The notes under the pieces were generated by a model. That model saw nothing but the letters and a program-made list of their open reading frames with translations. It was not told the origin of the DNA and made no database searches. Shown here one piece after another: positions 43,062 to 51,045 of a DNA stretch of 64,000 bases (within the stretch, counting starts at the first letter, position 1; each line of letters opens with the position of its first letter). The stretch comes from an uncultured Chloroflexia bacterium (GTDB lineage: Bacteria; Chloroflexota; Anaerolineae; CG2-30-64-16): contig CAVZDU010000003.1 of NCBI GenBank assembly GCA_963774265.1, positions 288,001 through 352,000 on the forward strand, read 5' to 3'. The translations under genes and the position numbers were made by a program.

Positions 43062-45260
43062 ATGCGGATCGGCATTATCACCAGCGGTGGCGACGCACCC
43101 GGCATGAATGCTGCCGTCCGGGCCATCACCCGATGCGCCCTGGACAAAGGAACTGAAGTCGTCGGCATCCATGAGGGCTGGCAGGGAGTGGTCGATGGGG
43201 GCGAGCAGTTCGAGCCGTTCAACTGGCGCAGCGTGGGCGGCATTCTGCAGCTCGGTGGCACGATCCTTGGTACGGCGCGTTGTGAGATCTTCCGTACGGT
43301 GCCTGGACGGCGCCAGGCCGCCCGCAACCTGGTCATGAATGACATCGATGGCATGGTGGTCATCGGCGGCGATGGCTCGCTCACCGGCGCCCTTTTACTG
43401 CAGCAGGAATGGGCCGAGCATGTCCGCGCATTGGCCGCCGAGGGGCTCATTCCAGCGGAGAAGGTCCAGGCTCACCCATCGCTGCGCATCGTCGGCCTGC
43501 CTGGATCCATCGACAACGACCAGTTCGGCACGGATATGAGCATCGGGGCTGACACTGCGCTGAATACGATCGTTGAGGCGGTGGATAAGCTGAAATCGAC
43601 CGCGGACTCCCACCAGCGCACCTTCGTGGTGGAAGTGATGGGCAGGCGTTGCGGTTATCTCGCTTTGATGGGCGCGGTGGCCACGGGTGCGGACTGGTTG
43701 CTGATCCCCGAAGAGGAAATGGATTCGCGCTGGCATTTTCGGATGATTGAAGCATTGAAGACCGGCCGGGAAGCGGGCCGCCGGCATGATGTCATCATCT
43801 TCGCCGAGGGTGCGCGGCACCCGGATGGGCTGCCCATCCGCGCCGACACCATCACCGAAATCTTGAGAAACCGTATGGGCATAGAGGCCCGCGTGACGGT
43901 TCTGGGACATGTACAGCGGGGCGGGTCGCCCAGTGGGTTCGACCGTAACCTGGCATCGCGGCTGGGCGCGGCGGCTGTGGACTACATCATGGGGCCGGAC
44001 GAGACGCCTGTGATGTTGGGGCTGGTTCACAACGAAACCAAGGCGACACCCTTGGATGAAGTGGTCGCTAAGAGCCTCGAGATCAACACCCAGATCGACC
44101 AGGGTAATTTCGACCAGGCGTTGGCCATGCGCGGCCGCAGTTTCCTGGACTCGCTCAGCTTGCTAAAGACGCTGGCACGCGCGCATCCCAAGGCAGAACT
44201 AGCGGCCCGTGGTCGCATCGCCATCATGACAGGGGGACCTGATTCGCCTGGCATGAACGCGATCCTGCGCACAGCGCTCCGCATGGCACGGAATGAGGGC
44301 CAGGATGTCATCGGCATCCGCTATGGTCTCGGCGGACTGGCGCGTGGGGATGTCTGGGACCTGAACTGGATGGACGTTCAGAACTGGATAAATCTGGGCG
44401 GCAGCGAATTGGGAGCGATCCGGCACGAACTAGACGATGCGGAGATCAAGGCGATCGCACAGCAGATCCGCCAATGGGACATCCGCGGGATCATTGCGGT
44501 CGGGGGTCTACAGACATACCAGCAGATCGCGAAACTCGAGGCCGCGCGTGACATCTACGCGGAGCTGCGCATCCCAATGATCTGCGTTCCCGCAACGATC
44601 GGCAACAACCTGCCCGCCACCGAGATCACCGTAGGCGCGGACACCGCGCTAAACAACATCGTCGATGCGGTGGATAAAATCAAGTATACGGCTGGCGCAG
44701 CCCATCGTACCTTCCTCGTGGAGGTCATGGGCCGGGAGAGCGGTTACCTGGCGCTGGCGTCGAGCATCGCGACCGGTGCAGAGATGCAACTGCTCAACGA
44801 GGATGGAATCGATCTGAGAGTCTTGCAGAAGGATATCGAGCAGCTCCGTGAAGGCTTTGCCAGCGGCAAGAAACTGGGGATTGTCATCATCGCAGAGGAT
44901 GCTTCGCCATACTACGACACCGAGTTCGTCCGTCGCATCATGGTGGCGGAGGCGCACGGTCAGTTCGACGTGCGCGAAGCGATCCTGGGGCACCTGCAGC
45001 GCGGGGGCGTGCCGACCGCGTTCGATCGGGTTCAGGGCAGCCGCCTGGGCGCTCATGCCGCCCGCAAGATCATGGATGACGTCGCGGCAGGGCGGGATGA
45101 AGTCAACGTCATCGGGGTTTGGCGCCGCGGTGTCGAGATCACCCCACTTGCCGAGGCGATGAACCAGATGGACTGGGTGCACGATCGTCCCAAGATCCAG
45201 ACCTGGCTTTCATGGCGACCCATGTCGGTGGTGCTGGCGAAGGCGAATCCGGGGATCTAG
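43062..45260 (+). CDS. pfkA: 6-phosphofructokinase, eukaryote-type tandem two-domain
   Basis: TSGGDAPGMN, GGDGS, PGSIDND, EVMGRRCG, LGHVQRGG; second half GGPDSPGMN, PATIGNN, LGHLQRGG; 732 aa. Confidence 0.9.
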   Translation: MRIGIITSGGDAPGMNAAVRAITRCALDKGTEVVGIHEGWQGVVDGGEQFEPFNWRSVGGILQLGGTILGTARCEIFRTVPGRRQAARNLVMNDIDGMVVIGGDGSLTGALLLQQEWAEHVRALAAEGLIPAEKVQAHPSLRIVGLPGSIDNDQFGTDMSIGADTALNTIVEAVDKLKSTADSHQRTFVVEVMGRRCGYLALMGAVATGADWLLIPEEEMDSRWHFRMIEALKTGREAGRRHDVIIFAEGARHPDGLPIRADTITEILRNRMGIEARVTVLGHVQRGGSPSGFDRNLASRLGAAAVDYIMGPDETPVMLGLVHNETKATPLDEVVAKSLEINTQIDQGNFDQALAMRGRSFLDSLSLLKTLARAHPKAELAARGRIAIMTGGPDSPGMNAILRTALRMARNEGQDVIGIRYGLGGLARGDVWDLNWMDVQNWINLGGSELGAIRHELDDAEIKAIAQQIRQWDIRGIIAVGGLQTYQQIAKLEAARDIYAELRIPMICVPATIGNNLPATEITVGADTALNNIVDAVDKIKYTAGAAHRTFLVEVMGRESGYLALASSIATGAEMQLLNEDGIDLRVLQKDIEQLREGFASGKKLGIVIIAEDASPYYDTEFVRRIMVAEAHGQFDVREAILGHLQRGGVPTAFDRVQGSRLGAHAARKIMDDVAAGRDEVNVIGVWRRGVEITPLAEAMNQMDWVHDRPKIQTWLSWRPMSVVLAKANPGI

Positions 45261-46393
45261 GAAATCCTCTCGATTTCGGCGATCAATCGGTCAATTTGTT
45301 CGCTGGTATGTGTGGCGAAGATGGCCACGCGCAGAGCGCCACCCTCAGGCGTACTACTGTAGCGGGTGACGTGCGCCACGCAAATGTCTCGCTGAAACAG
45401 CTCCGCCTTGATACTCGCCAGGTTGACTCCAGGGAGTGCCCCCAGGCAAATGATCGGAATCGGCGTGTCTTCGAGAGGCCAGCCGAGCTTTCTCAGCCCC
45501 CTGCGGGCACGCGCAACGTTGGACCATAGCCGTTCCCGAAGCTCAGAGTGAGTGCGGACATAATCAAGCGACCACGCCGAGGCGGCGGCAGACGGCAGCG
45601 GCGACGGGCTGCTCCCCTCTGGCGCATGTGCGTTGCGCCAGAGGCGCTCGATGAACGGGGACGATCCGGCGATGAGACCGCCGTGCCCTGCGAGCGCTTT
45701 GCTCAGTGTGTGGGTTGTGTGACACCGCACACCCGTATCAGACTCGATGGACTTTGGTTCGAATCCTTGCCGTTCCGATACGAACTCCAGCGAGCCGCGA
45801 CCGAGGCTGCCGATAACACCGGTAGCGTGCGCGTCGTCGATGAGGAGGATCGCGCCTTCATAGCTGCCGAGCACCTGCACGTAGTCCTGAAGGGGCGCGA
45901 CGTCACCGGAGATCGGGAACACGCCGTCTGTCAGCACCAGCGGGCGCTCAGCCCGCCCCAAGGTTGACCGTAAGTCATTGGCGAGCGCGTGCGGGTCCGC
46001 ATGGCGGTAGGTGTGCACCGGGACAGCGGTTGCGCCGGCCGCGTCGCGGCCACTGAAATGCGCAGCCTCGTCCACGTAGATTCGGTCATAGTCACCCCCC
46101 AGGCCCTGCAACAGGATTTCGCTCCCCAGGTAGGCTGAGACTGTGTAGAGCGCGGCTTCTTCGTCGAGGAAAGCAGCGGCCGCGCGTTCGACTGCGTGAA
46201 AAATCGGGTGCTCGCCATAGCCGCCACGAGAGGTAGCCGTGGTCAGGCCGTATTTGCGCAGTGCTTCGCTGGCGGCGGCCACGAGGCCCTCGTGCCCCTG
46301 CAATCCCAGGTAGCCGGTGCCTGCGAAATAGTCGCGCCACCGGCCATTGATCAGTGTGCGTGCGCCAGGCGCACTTTCCATAAGGAAATCCAT
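45257..46393 (-). CDS. PLP-dependent class II aminotransferase, 8-amino-7-oxononanoate synthase (BioF)-like
   Basis: GYLGL, DEAAHFS, TDGVFPISG, IDDAHATG, TLSKAL. Confidence 0.8.
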   Translation of the reverse strand: MDFLMESAPGARTLINGRWRDYFAGTGYLGLQGHEGLVAAASEALRKYGLTTATSRGGYGEHPIFHAVERAAAAFLDEEAALYTVSAYLGSEILLQGLGGDYDRIYVDEAAHFSGRDAAGATAVPVHTYRHADPHALANDLRSTLGRAERPLVLTDGVFPISGDVAPLQDYVQVLGSYEGAILLIDDAHATGVIGSLGRGSLEFVSERQGFEPKSIESDTGVRCHTTHTLSKALAGHGGLIAGSSPFIERLWRNAHAPEGSSPSPLPSAAASAWSLDYVRTHSELRERLWSNVARARRGLRKLGWPLEDTPIPIICLGALPGVNLASIKAELFQRDICVAHVTRYSSTPEGGALRVAIFATHTSEQIDRLIAEIERIS

Positions 46394-46399
46394 CCGCCC

Positions 46400-47416
46400 T
46401 CAGTTCTTCACGAAGGATCGTGCGCCCACAAACGTCTCGCGCAGCCCGTCGACTTGCTGGACGTTGTCTTCGTACACGCCGTTGATACGCCGCGAAGAGT
46501 GGATGATGTCCCATCCACCGCGGCTAACTGCCACGTGGGTGATCTTTCTTGCGTCCCCGGCCTCGCTGAAAAAGAGCAGATCGCCGGGCTGGTAGGGGAA
46601 GTCGACCGGCCGGCCAACCGCGTATTGCATATCAGCATCGCGCGGCAGGGTCACGCCGGAGAGGCGGTGAAGCAGCTGGCTGAAGCCCGAGCAATCGATG
46701 CCCCAGGCGGTGCAGCCACCCCACAGATACTGAACGCCAATGAACTGAGCCGCGTCGCGGATGATCTGGCTGCGTTGGGCTGCCTCATCGTGAGGCAGTG
46801 CACCGAACGCGCGCAGCGCATCGGCGCGAAGCCAGCCGGAGTGCGTCCCCGCGAGGGCGACGTGGCGCCACAGGCCTTCGCCTGCGTCCACGGCCACAGC
46901 GGTTCCTCCCAGGAGCCGCGTGACGAGCGGGGTCGCGTCATAGGGTTCTGCCCGGACCCAGGCTTCCGTTGTGCACACCAGATGGGTGACGGTGCAGCCC
47001 GTTGCATCGGTGAGGTATGGGGCGTAGGCCCAGCCGAGATAGCCATCAGCCAGGCGGACAAAACGCCAGCGCTCCTCTTCGAGCAAGACTTCGACGGACC
47101 AGCCGTTGAGCAACTGGCTCACCTGCTCGGCCATGAAAGAGGGCTTGGCGTACAGCCCGGTTACGTTGGCGCCAACAACAAGGGTTGGACCGCCGGGGCG
47201 GAGGATGCGCACTTGCGTTGCGTCGAATGTGGCCAGGGGAAATCGAGCGGCTAGTTGATCCAACACATCGTGAAGCGTTCTCTCGTCCAACACCGTACCA
47301 TCGAGGATACCCCCAGCCTCGGAATCTTCGACCATCGCAAGCCGGCAATAGCGCGTGCGGCTGTCGGAGTAGGCACTGGCGATCTCGCTCAGCGCGGCCA
47401 TCATCGCATCTATCAC
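46400..47416 (-). CDS. SH3 plus NlpC/P60 gamma-D-glutamyl peptidase (YkfC-like)
   Basis: VSQLLNG, DGYLGW, YLWGG..GIDCSG, LPRDA, GDLLFF, ITHV, IIHS. Confidence 0.85.
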   Translation of the reverse strand: MIDAMMAALSEIASAYSDSRTRYCRLAMVEDSEAGGILDGTVLDERTLHDVLDQLAARFPLATFDATQVRILRPGGPTLVVGANVTGLYAKPSFMAEQVSQLLNGWSVEVLLEEERWRFVRLADGYLGWAYAPYLTDATGCTVTHLVCTTEAWVRAEPYDATPLVTRLLGGTAVAVDAGEGLWRHVALAGTHSGWLRADALRAFGALPHDEAAQRSQIIRDAAQFIGVQYLWGGCTAWGIDCSGFSQLLHRLSGVTLPRDADMQYAVGRPVDFPYQPGDLLFFSEAGDARKITHVAVSRGGWDIIHSSRRINGVYEDNVQQVDGLRETFVGARSFVKN

Positions 47417-48459
47417 GGCAACACCTCCCCAAACACGCGCGCCATGTTGCGCCAGCAAACCTTTTCCACCTGGGGCGCTGTCAGCCCCGCCTCCCGGAGC
47501 ACGTCCACGATGCCCGGATAGCTTTCGATCCCGGTCACTCCCGCCGGCGTGATATTGATGCCATCCAGATCACCGCCCAGGCCGATGCAATCTTCTCCGC
47601 CGATATGCAGTGCATGTCGCACATGTCGCCCGACCCAGTCCAGCTTGGGGAGGGGGATCACGGCCAATTGGGGGCCGGCGGCCATGCGGTGCTTTTGCCG
47701 CGTGGCCGCGTCCGCACCCTTCACAGGGGCCATGATCGCATCCCACGCAGCGAGGTAGGACGGGTCGAGAAAATCGGGCGCGAGATTGATGCCCATGACA
47801 CCTCCCTGATCGGCCAGGATGCGGATTTGTGCATCGGTCAGGTTGCGCGGGGCGGGGCTCAGGGCGCGGCAGTCGGAGTGGCTGGCGATGAAGGGCAGGT
47901 CACCCATCAACGCGGACACCTCAAGAAAGGCCGCGTCTGACAGGTGCGACACGTCCACCATGATACGGAGCGAACGCGCCAGCTCGATGAGCCGGCGGCC
48001 CCCGGCGCTCAATGGCCCACCGCCGCCGGACGAGCTCCCAGAGAAGTGGTTATCGTCCCAGGCGGGGATGACCAGGCGCACGCCCAGCGCGAAAAAATCA
48101 GCCAACGCCTCAGCATCGGGGAGCGGATCTGCACCCTCCAAACCGACGATCGCTGCCACCCCCGCGCCTTCATCTTCGAAGGCGCGCGCGATATCGGCTC
48201 CTGTCCGGGCGATAATCATGCGCTCCCCAGACTCGTCTGCCCAGCCGTGCAGGGTGCGGATCGCCTCTTCTGCCAGTGCGCGGATGTCACGCTGGGGGAA
48301 GTAGGAGGCCGCGGCGAAGACCGCGAAGACCTGGGCGCGACTCCCCGCGGCGGCCAGGCGGGGTAGGTCTATGTGGCCGCGAGGGTCGCCGGCCACGAAG
48401 CCGAATGTGCGGTCATAACTGTTCATGACCGCGTCGCAGTGTGCGTCGAAGAATCGCAT
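47413..48459 (-). CDS. Membrane dipeptidase family (M19)
   Basis: DAHCD, GLEGA, VDVSHLS, ASHS, RNLTD, GGDLDG. Confidence 0.88.
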   Translation of the reverse strand: MRFFDAHCDAVMNSYDRTFGFVAGDPRGHIDLPRLAAAGSRAQVFAVFAAASYFPQRDIRALAEEAIRTLHGWADESGERMIIARTGADIARAFEDEGAGVAAIVGLEGADPLPDAEALADFFALGVRLVIPAWDDNHFSGSSSGGGGPLSAGGRRLIELARSLRIMVDVSHLSDAAFLEVSALMGDLPFIASHSDCRALSPAPRNLTDAQIRILADQGGVMGINLAPDFLDPSYLAAWDAIMAPVKGADAATRQKHRMAAGPQLAVIPLPKLDWVGRHVRHALHIGGEDCIGLGGDLDGINITPAGVTGIESYPGIVDVLREAGLTAPQVEKVCWRNMARVFGEVLP

Positions 48460-48474
48460 CGAAGTGTTCCTTAG

Positions 48475-48539
48475 GTAGGGGCGGACCTGTGTGTCCGCCC
48501 GATCACCAGGTAGGGGCGGACACACAGGTCCGCCCCTAC
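48475..48539. repeat. GTAG-family REP doublet (REPIN-like)
   Basis: Perfect 26-bp inverted repeat GTAGGGGCGGACCTGTGTGTCCGCCC / GGGCGGACACACAGGTCCGCCCCTAC. Confidence 0.85.
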
Positions 48540-48564
48540 TACAGGTCCGCCCGGTCGCTACCGG

Positions 48565-48622
48565 GGATGGCGCGATCCTGAGGATGGCGCGATCCTCAGG
48601 ATCGCGCCATCCTCAGGATCGC
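48565..48622. repeat. 17-bp tandem repeat forming a 51-bp palindrome over the epimerase stop codon
   Basis: GCGATCCTGAGGATGGCGCGATCCT-C-AGGATCGCGCCATCCTCAGGATCGC (48572-48622). Confidence 0.8.
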
Positions 48623-49641
48623 TCGATCACGCCGATGCCCGGCCGGTCTGGCAGGTGGATACCGCCATGCGCGTCGTATTGCAGCCCATCAAAGGGATCG
48701 TTTGCAATGAGCAGCGGCCCATCCAGGTCAAGCCAATCAGCGAGGCCGGCCAGGTGCGCCATGGCGGTGACGCCGATCGACGTCTCGATCATGCAGCCGA
48801 GCATAAGGCGCATGCCCAATTGCCTTGCGTAAAGCGCCATGCGCAGTCCGGGTCCCAATCCGCCTGCTTTCATCAGCTTGAGATTGATCCCCTGTACACC
48901 AGCGCCAGCCAGTGCCTCCACATCCGCCAGCGACTGGCACGACTCATCCGCCACCACGGGGATGGACGTGCGCGCCTGGACATAGCCCATGCCCGCGAAG
49001 TCGTCTTTGCGCACCGGCTGCTCGATCAGTTCGAGGACGAATGGCTCCATTCGTTCGATCATGGTGACCGCTTCGTCTGTTGACCAGCCTGCGTTCGCGT
49101 CGATGCGTAGTTTCGCGTCGGGCCGGGCTGCGCGTACTGCTGCAAGCCGGGCAAGATCGTCGCCGGGGACGGCGCCCGATCCAAGTTTGATCTTGAGCGT
49201 GTCATATTGCGCCACGGCGGCAGCCTGGTGGGCCATCTCGTCGGGTTCAGCGATGGCGATGGTGAAGCACGTGGCGAGAACAGGCGGCTGGGGGAGGCCG
49301 AGCATCTGCCACAGCGGTTGGCGCGCGCGACGCGCGATGCGGTCGTGGAGTGCGAGATCCAGCGCACAGCGCGCGGGCGCCGGTCCCTGTGCTCCGATCC
49401 AGGGACCGATTCCCTCGAGGTCATCAGGAAAAGGCTCGCGGCGTGCGGCGGCCCCAGCCCAAGTGGCAATCATGTCATCGTCGGACACACCGTAGTACGG
49501 AGGAATGGCTGCCTCGCCCCAACCCTCATCGTGCGGGAGGCGCAGCCAGAACGAGCGTCGAGTTTCGCTGACGCCGTAGGAGAGCCGAAAGGGTACGCGC
49601 AGGTGCAGGGTGAGCGCTTGCCAGGTGAGTGTGTCGGTCAT
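48613..49641 (-). CDS. Dipeptide epimerase (L-Ala-D/L-Glu epimerase, YkfB/YcjG-like)
   Basis: GWGEA, LKIKLG, RIDANAGW, IEQP, ADES, INLKLMKAGG, GCMIET, DLDGP. Confidence 0.9.
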   Translation of the reverse strand: MTDTLTWQALTLHLRVPFRLSYGVSETRRSFWLRLPHDEGWGEAAIPPYYGVSDDDMIATWAGAAARREPFPDDLEGIGPWIGAQGPAPARCALDLALHDRIARRARQPLWQMLGLPQPPVLATCFTIAIAEPDEMAHQAAAVAQYDTLKIKLGSGAVPGDDLARLAAVRAARPDAKLRIDANAGWSTDEAVTMIERMEPFVLELIEQPVRKDDFAGMGYVQARTSIPVVADESCQSLADVEALAGAGVQGINLKLMKAGGLGPGLRMALYARQLGMRLMLGCMIETSIGVTAMAHLAGLADWLDLDGPLLIANDPFDGLQYDAHGGIHLPDRPGIGVIERS

Positions 49642-49820
49642 CGGCCAGCCTTTCCTGAAGCGGAATACCGCCCATTATACTGGCGCGGTCGCGACTCGCC
49701 TACTTCTGGCCCGGGCGCTTCACCGAACAGGGCGAGCGTGGTAAACTAAGCGCAGTGCCAGAGACCTTCAGGGTCATCCGTAACTTCGACCGGCGGTATT
49801 CCGCTTCGATAGGAGCCGAC

Positions 49821-50984
49821 ATGACTCACAATCAGCGCGTATTGGCGGCCCTGCGCGATCATCAGCATGACATGGTCGCCGACTTGACCCGTCTCGTCGA
49901 GATGGAATCGCCGACCGATGACAAGCCAGCCCTTGACAGGCTCGCCGAGCACCTTGCCACTCGCCTGCGTCATCTGGGCGCACAGGTAGAGATATCGCCA
50001 CAGGAGCACACGGGCGATCACCTGCGGGCCTGCTGGGGAGGCGACAATGAGGGAGGCGTAGGCGGGTTGCTGTTGCTGTGCCACATGGATACGGTTTGGG
50101 ACCTGGGAACGGTCGCTAAACGGCCAGTCAGCATCCGGGACGGGCTCCTCTACGGACCAGGCGCGTTCGACATGAAGGGCGGCATCGTTATTGCGCTCTG
50201 GGCGATCCGCGCGCTCCGCGGCCTGAATATGATGCCTGCACGGCGGATTACGCTGCTGATCACCTCTGATGAAGAGACAGGGAGCAAGACATCCCGGTCG
50301 ATCATCGAGATGGAGGCTCTCCAGCATGATGCGGTTCTCGTCCTGGAGCCGGCGCAGCCGCCTCATGCCGCACTCAAGACGTGGCGCAAGGGTGTGGGCA
50401 TGTATCAGGTGCGCACGACCGGCGTTTCGGCACACGCGGGCGCGGCCCACGAGGAGGGCGTCAACGCGATTGAAGAACTCGCCCACCAGGTCGTGGCCAT
50501 CCAGGCGTTGACCGACTACGCTGCAGGCACGACGGTCAATGTGGGTGTTGTGGGCGGCGGCACGCGCAGCAACGTGGTGCCGGAGGCCGCGTGGGCCCGA
50601 GTCGACGTGCGGGTGATGGATCAGGCCGAGGCCGAGCGCCTGGATAAGTCCCTGCGCAGCTTGCGGCCACATCTGAAAGGCGCACGCGTGGAGGTGTCCG
50701 GGGGCATCAATCGTCCTCCGATGACCCGAACCCCGGCGGGAGTGTCTCTCTTCGAGAAGGCAGCCGCCATCGCGACCCAGCTGGGGTTCTCGGTGATTGA
50801 GACGGGCACCGGGGGCGGGTCGGACGGCAACTTCACCGCCGCGCTGGGCGTGCCGACGCTGGATGGGCTCGGGGTCGCGGGCGATGGCGGCCATGCACAG
50901 CACGAGCACGTGATCATTAGCTCGTTGCCCGAGCGCGCCGCACTCCTGGCAGGCTTGCTCGATCCTCAGATCGCTCGATCGTAG
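49821..50984 (+). CDS. M20 metallopeptidase (glutamate carboxypeptidase-like)
   Basis: HMDTVW, GPGAFDMKGG, SDEETGS, SAHAG, GGGSDGNF, DGLG..HAQHE. Confidence 0.9.
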   Translation: MTHNQRVLAALRDHQHDMVADLTRLVEMESPTDDKPALDRLAEHLATRLRHLGAQVEISPQEHTGDHLRACWGGDNEGGVGGLLLLCHMDTVWDLGTVAKRPVSIRDGLLYGPGAFDMKGGIVIALWAIRALRGLNMMPARRITLLITSDEETGSKTSRSIIEMEALQHDAVLVLEPAQPPHAALKTWRKGVGMYQVRTTGVSAHAGAAHEEGVNAIEELAHQVVAIQALTDYAAGTTVNVGVVGGGTRSNVVPEAAWARVDVRVMDQAEAERLDKSLRSLRPHLKGARVEVSGGINRPPMTRTPAGVSLFEKAAAIATQLGFSVIETGTGGGSDGNFTAALGVPTLDGLGVAGDGGHAQHEHVIISSLPERAALLAGLLDPQIARS

Positions 50985-51045
50985 AGGATCGACTCACCAC
51001 TCTGAAATTGGCGAGGATAGTACTTTTGTGCTATGATAGCGCGAA

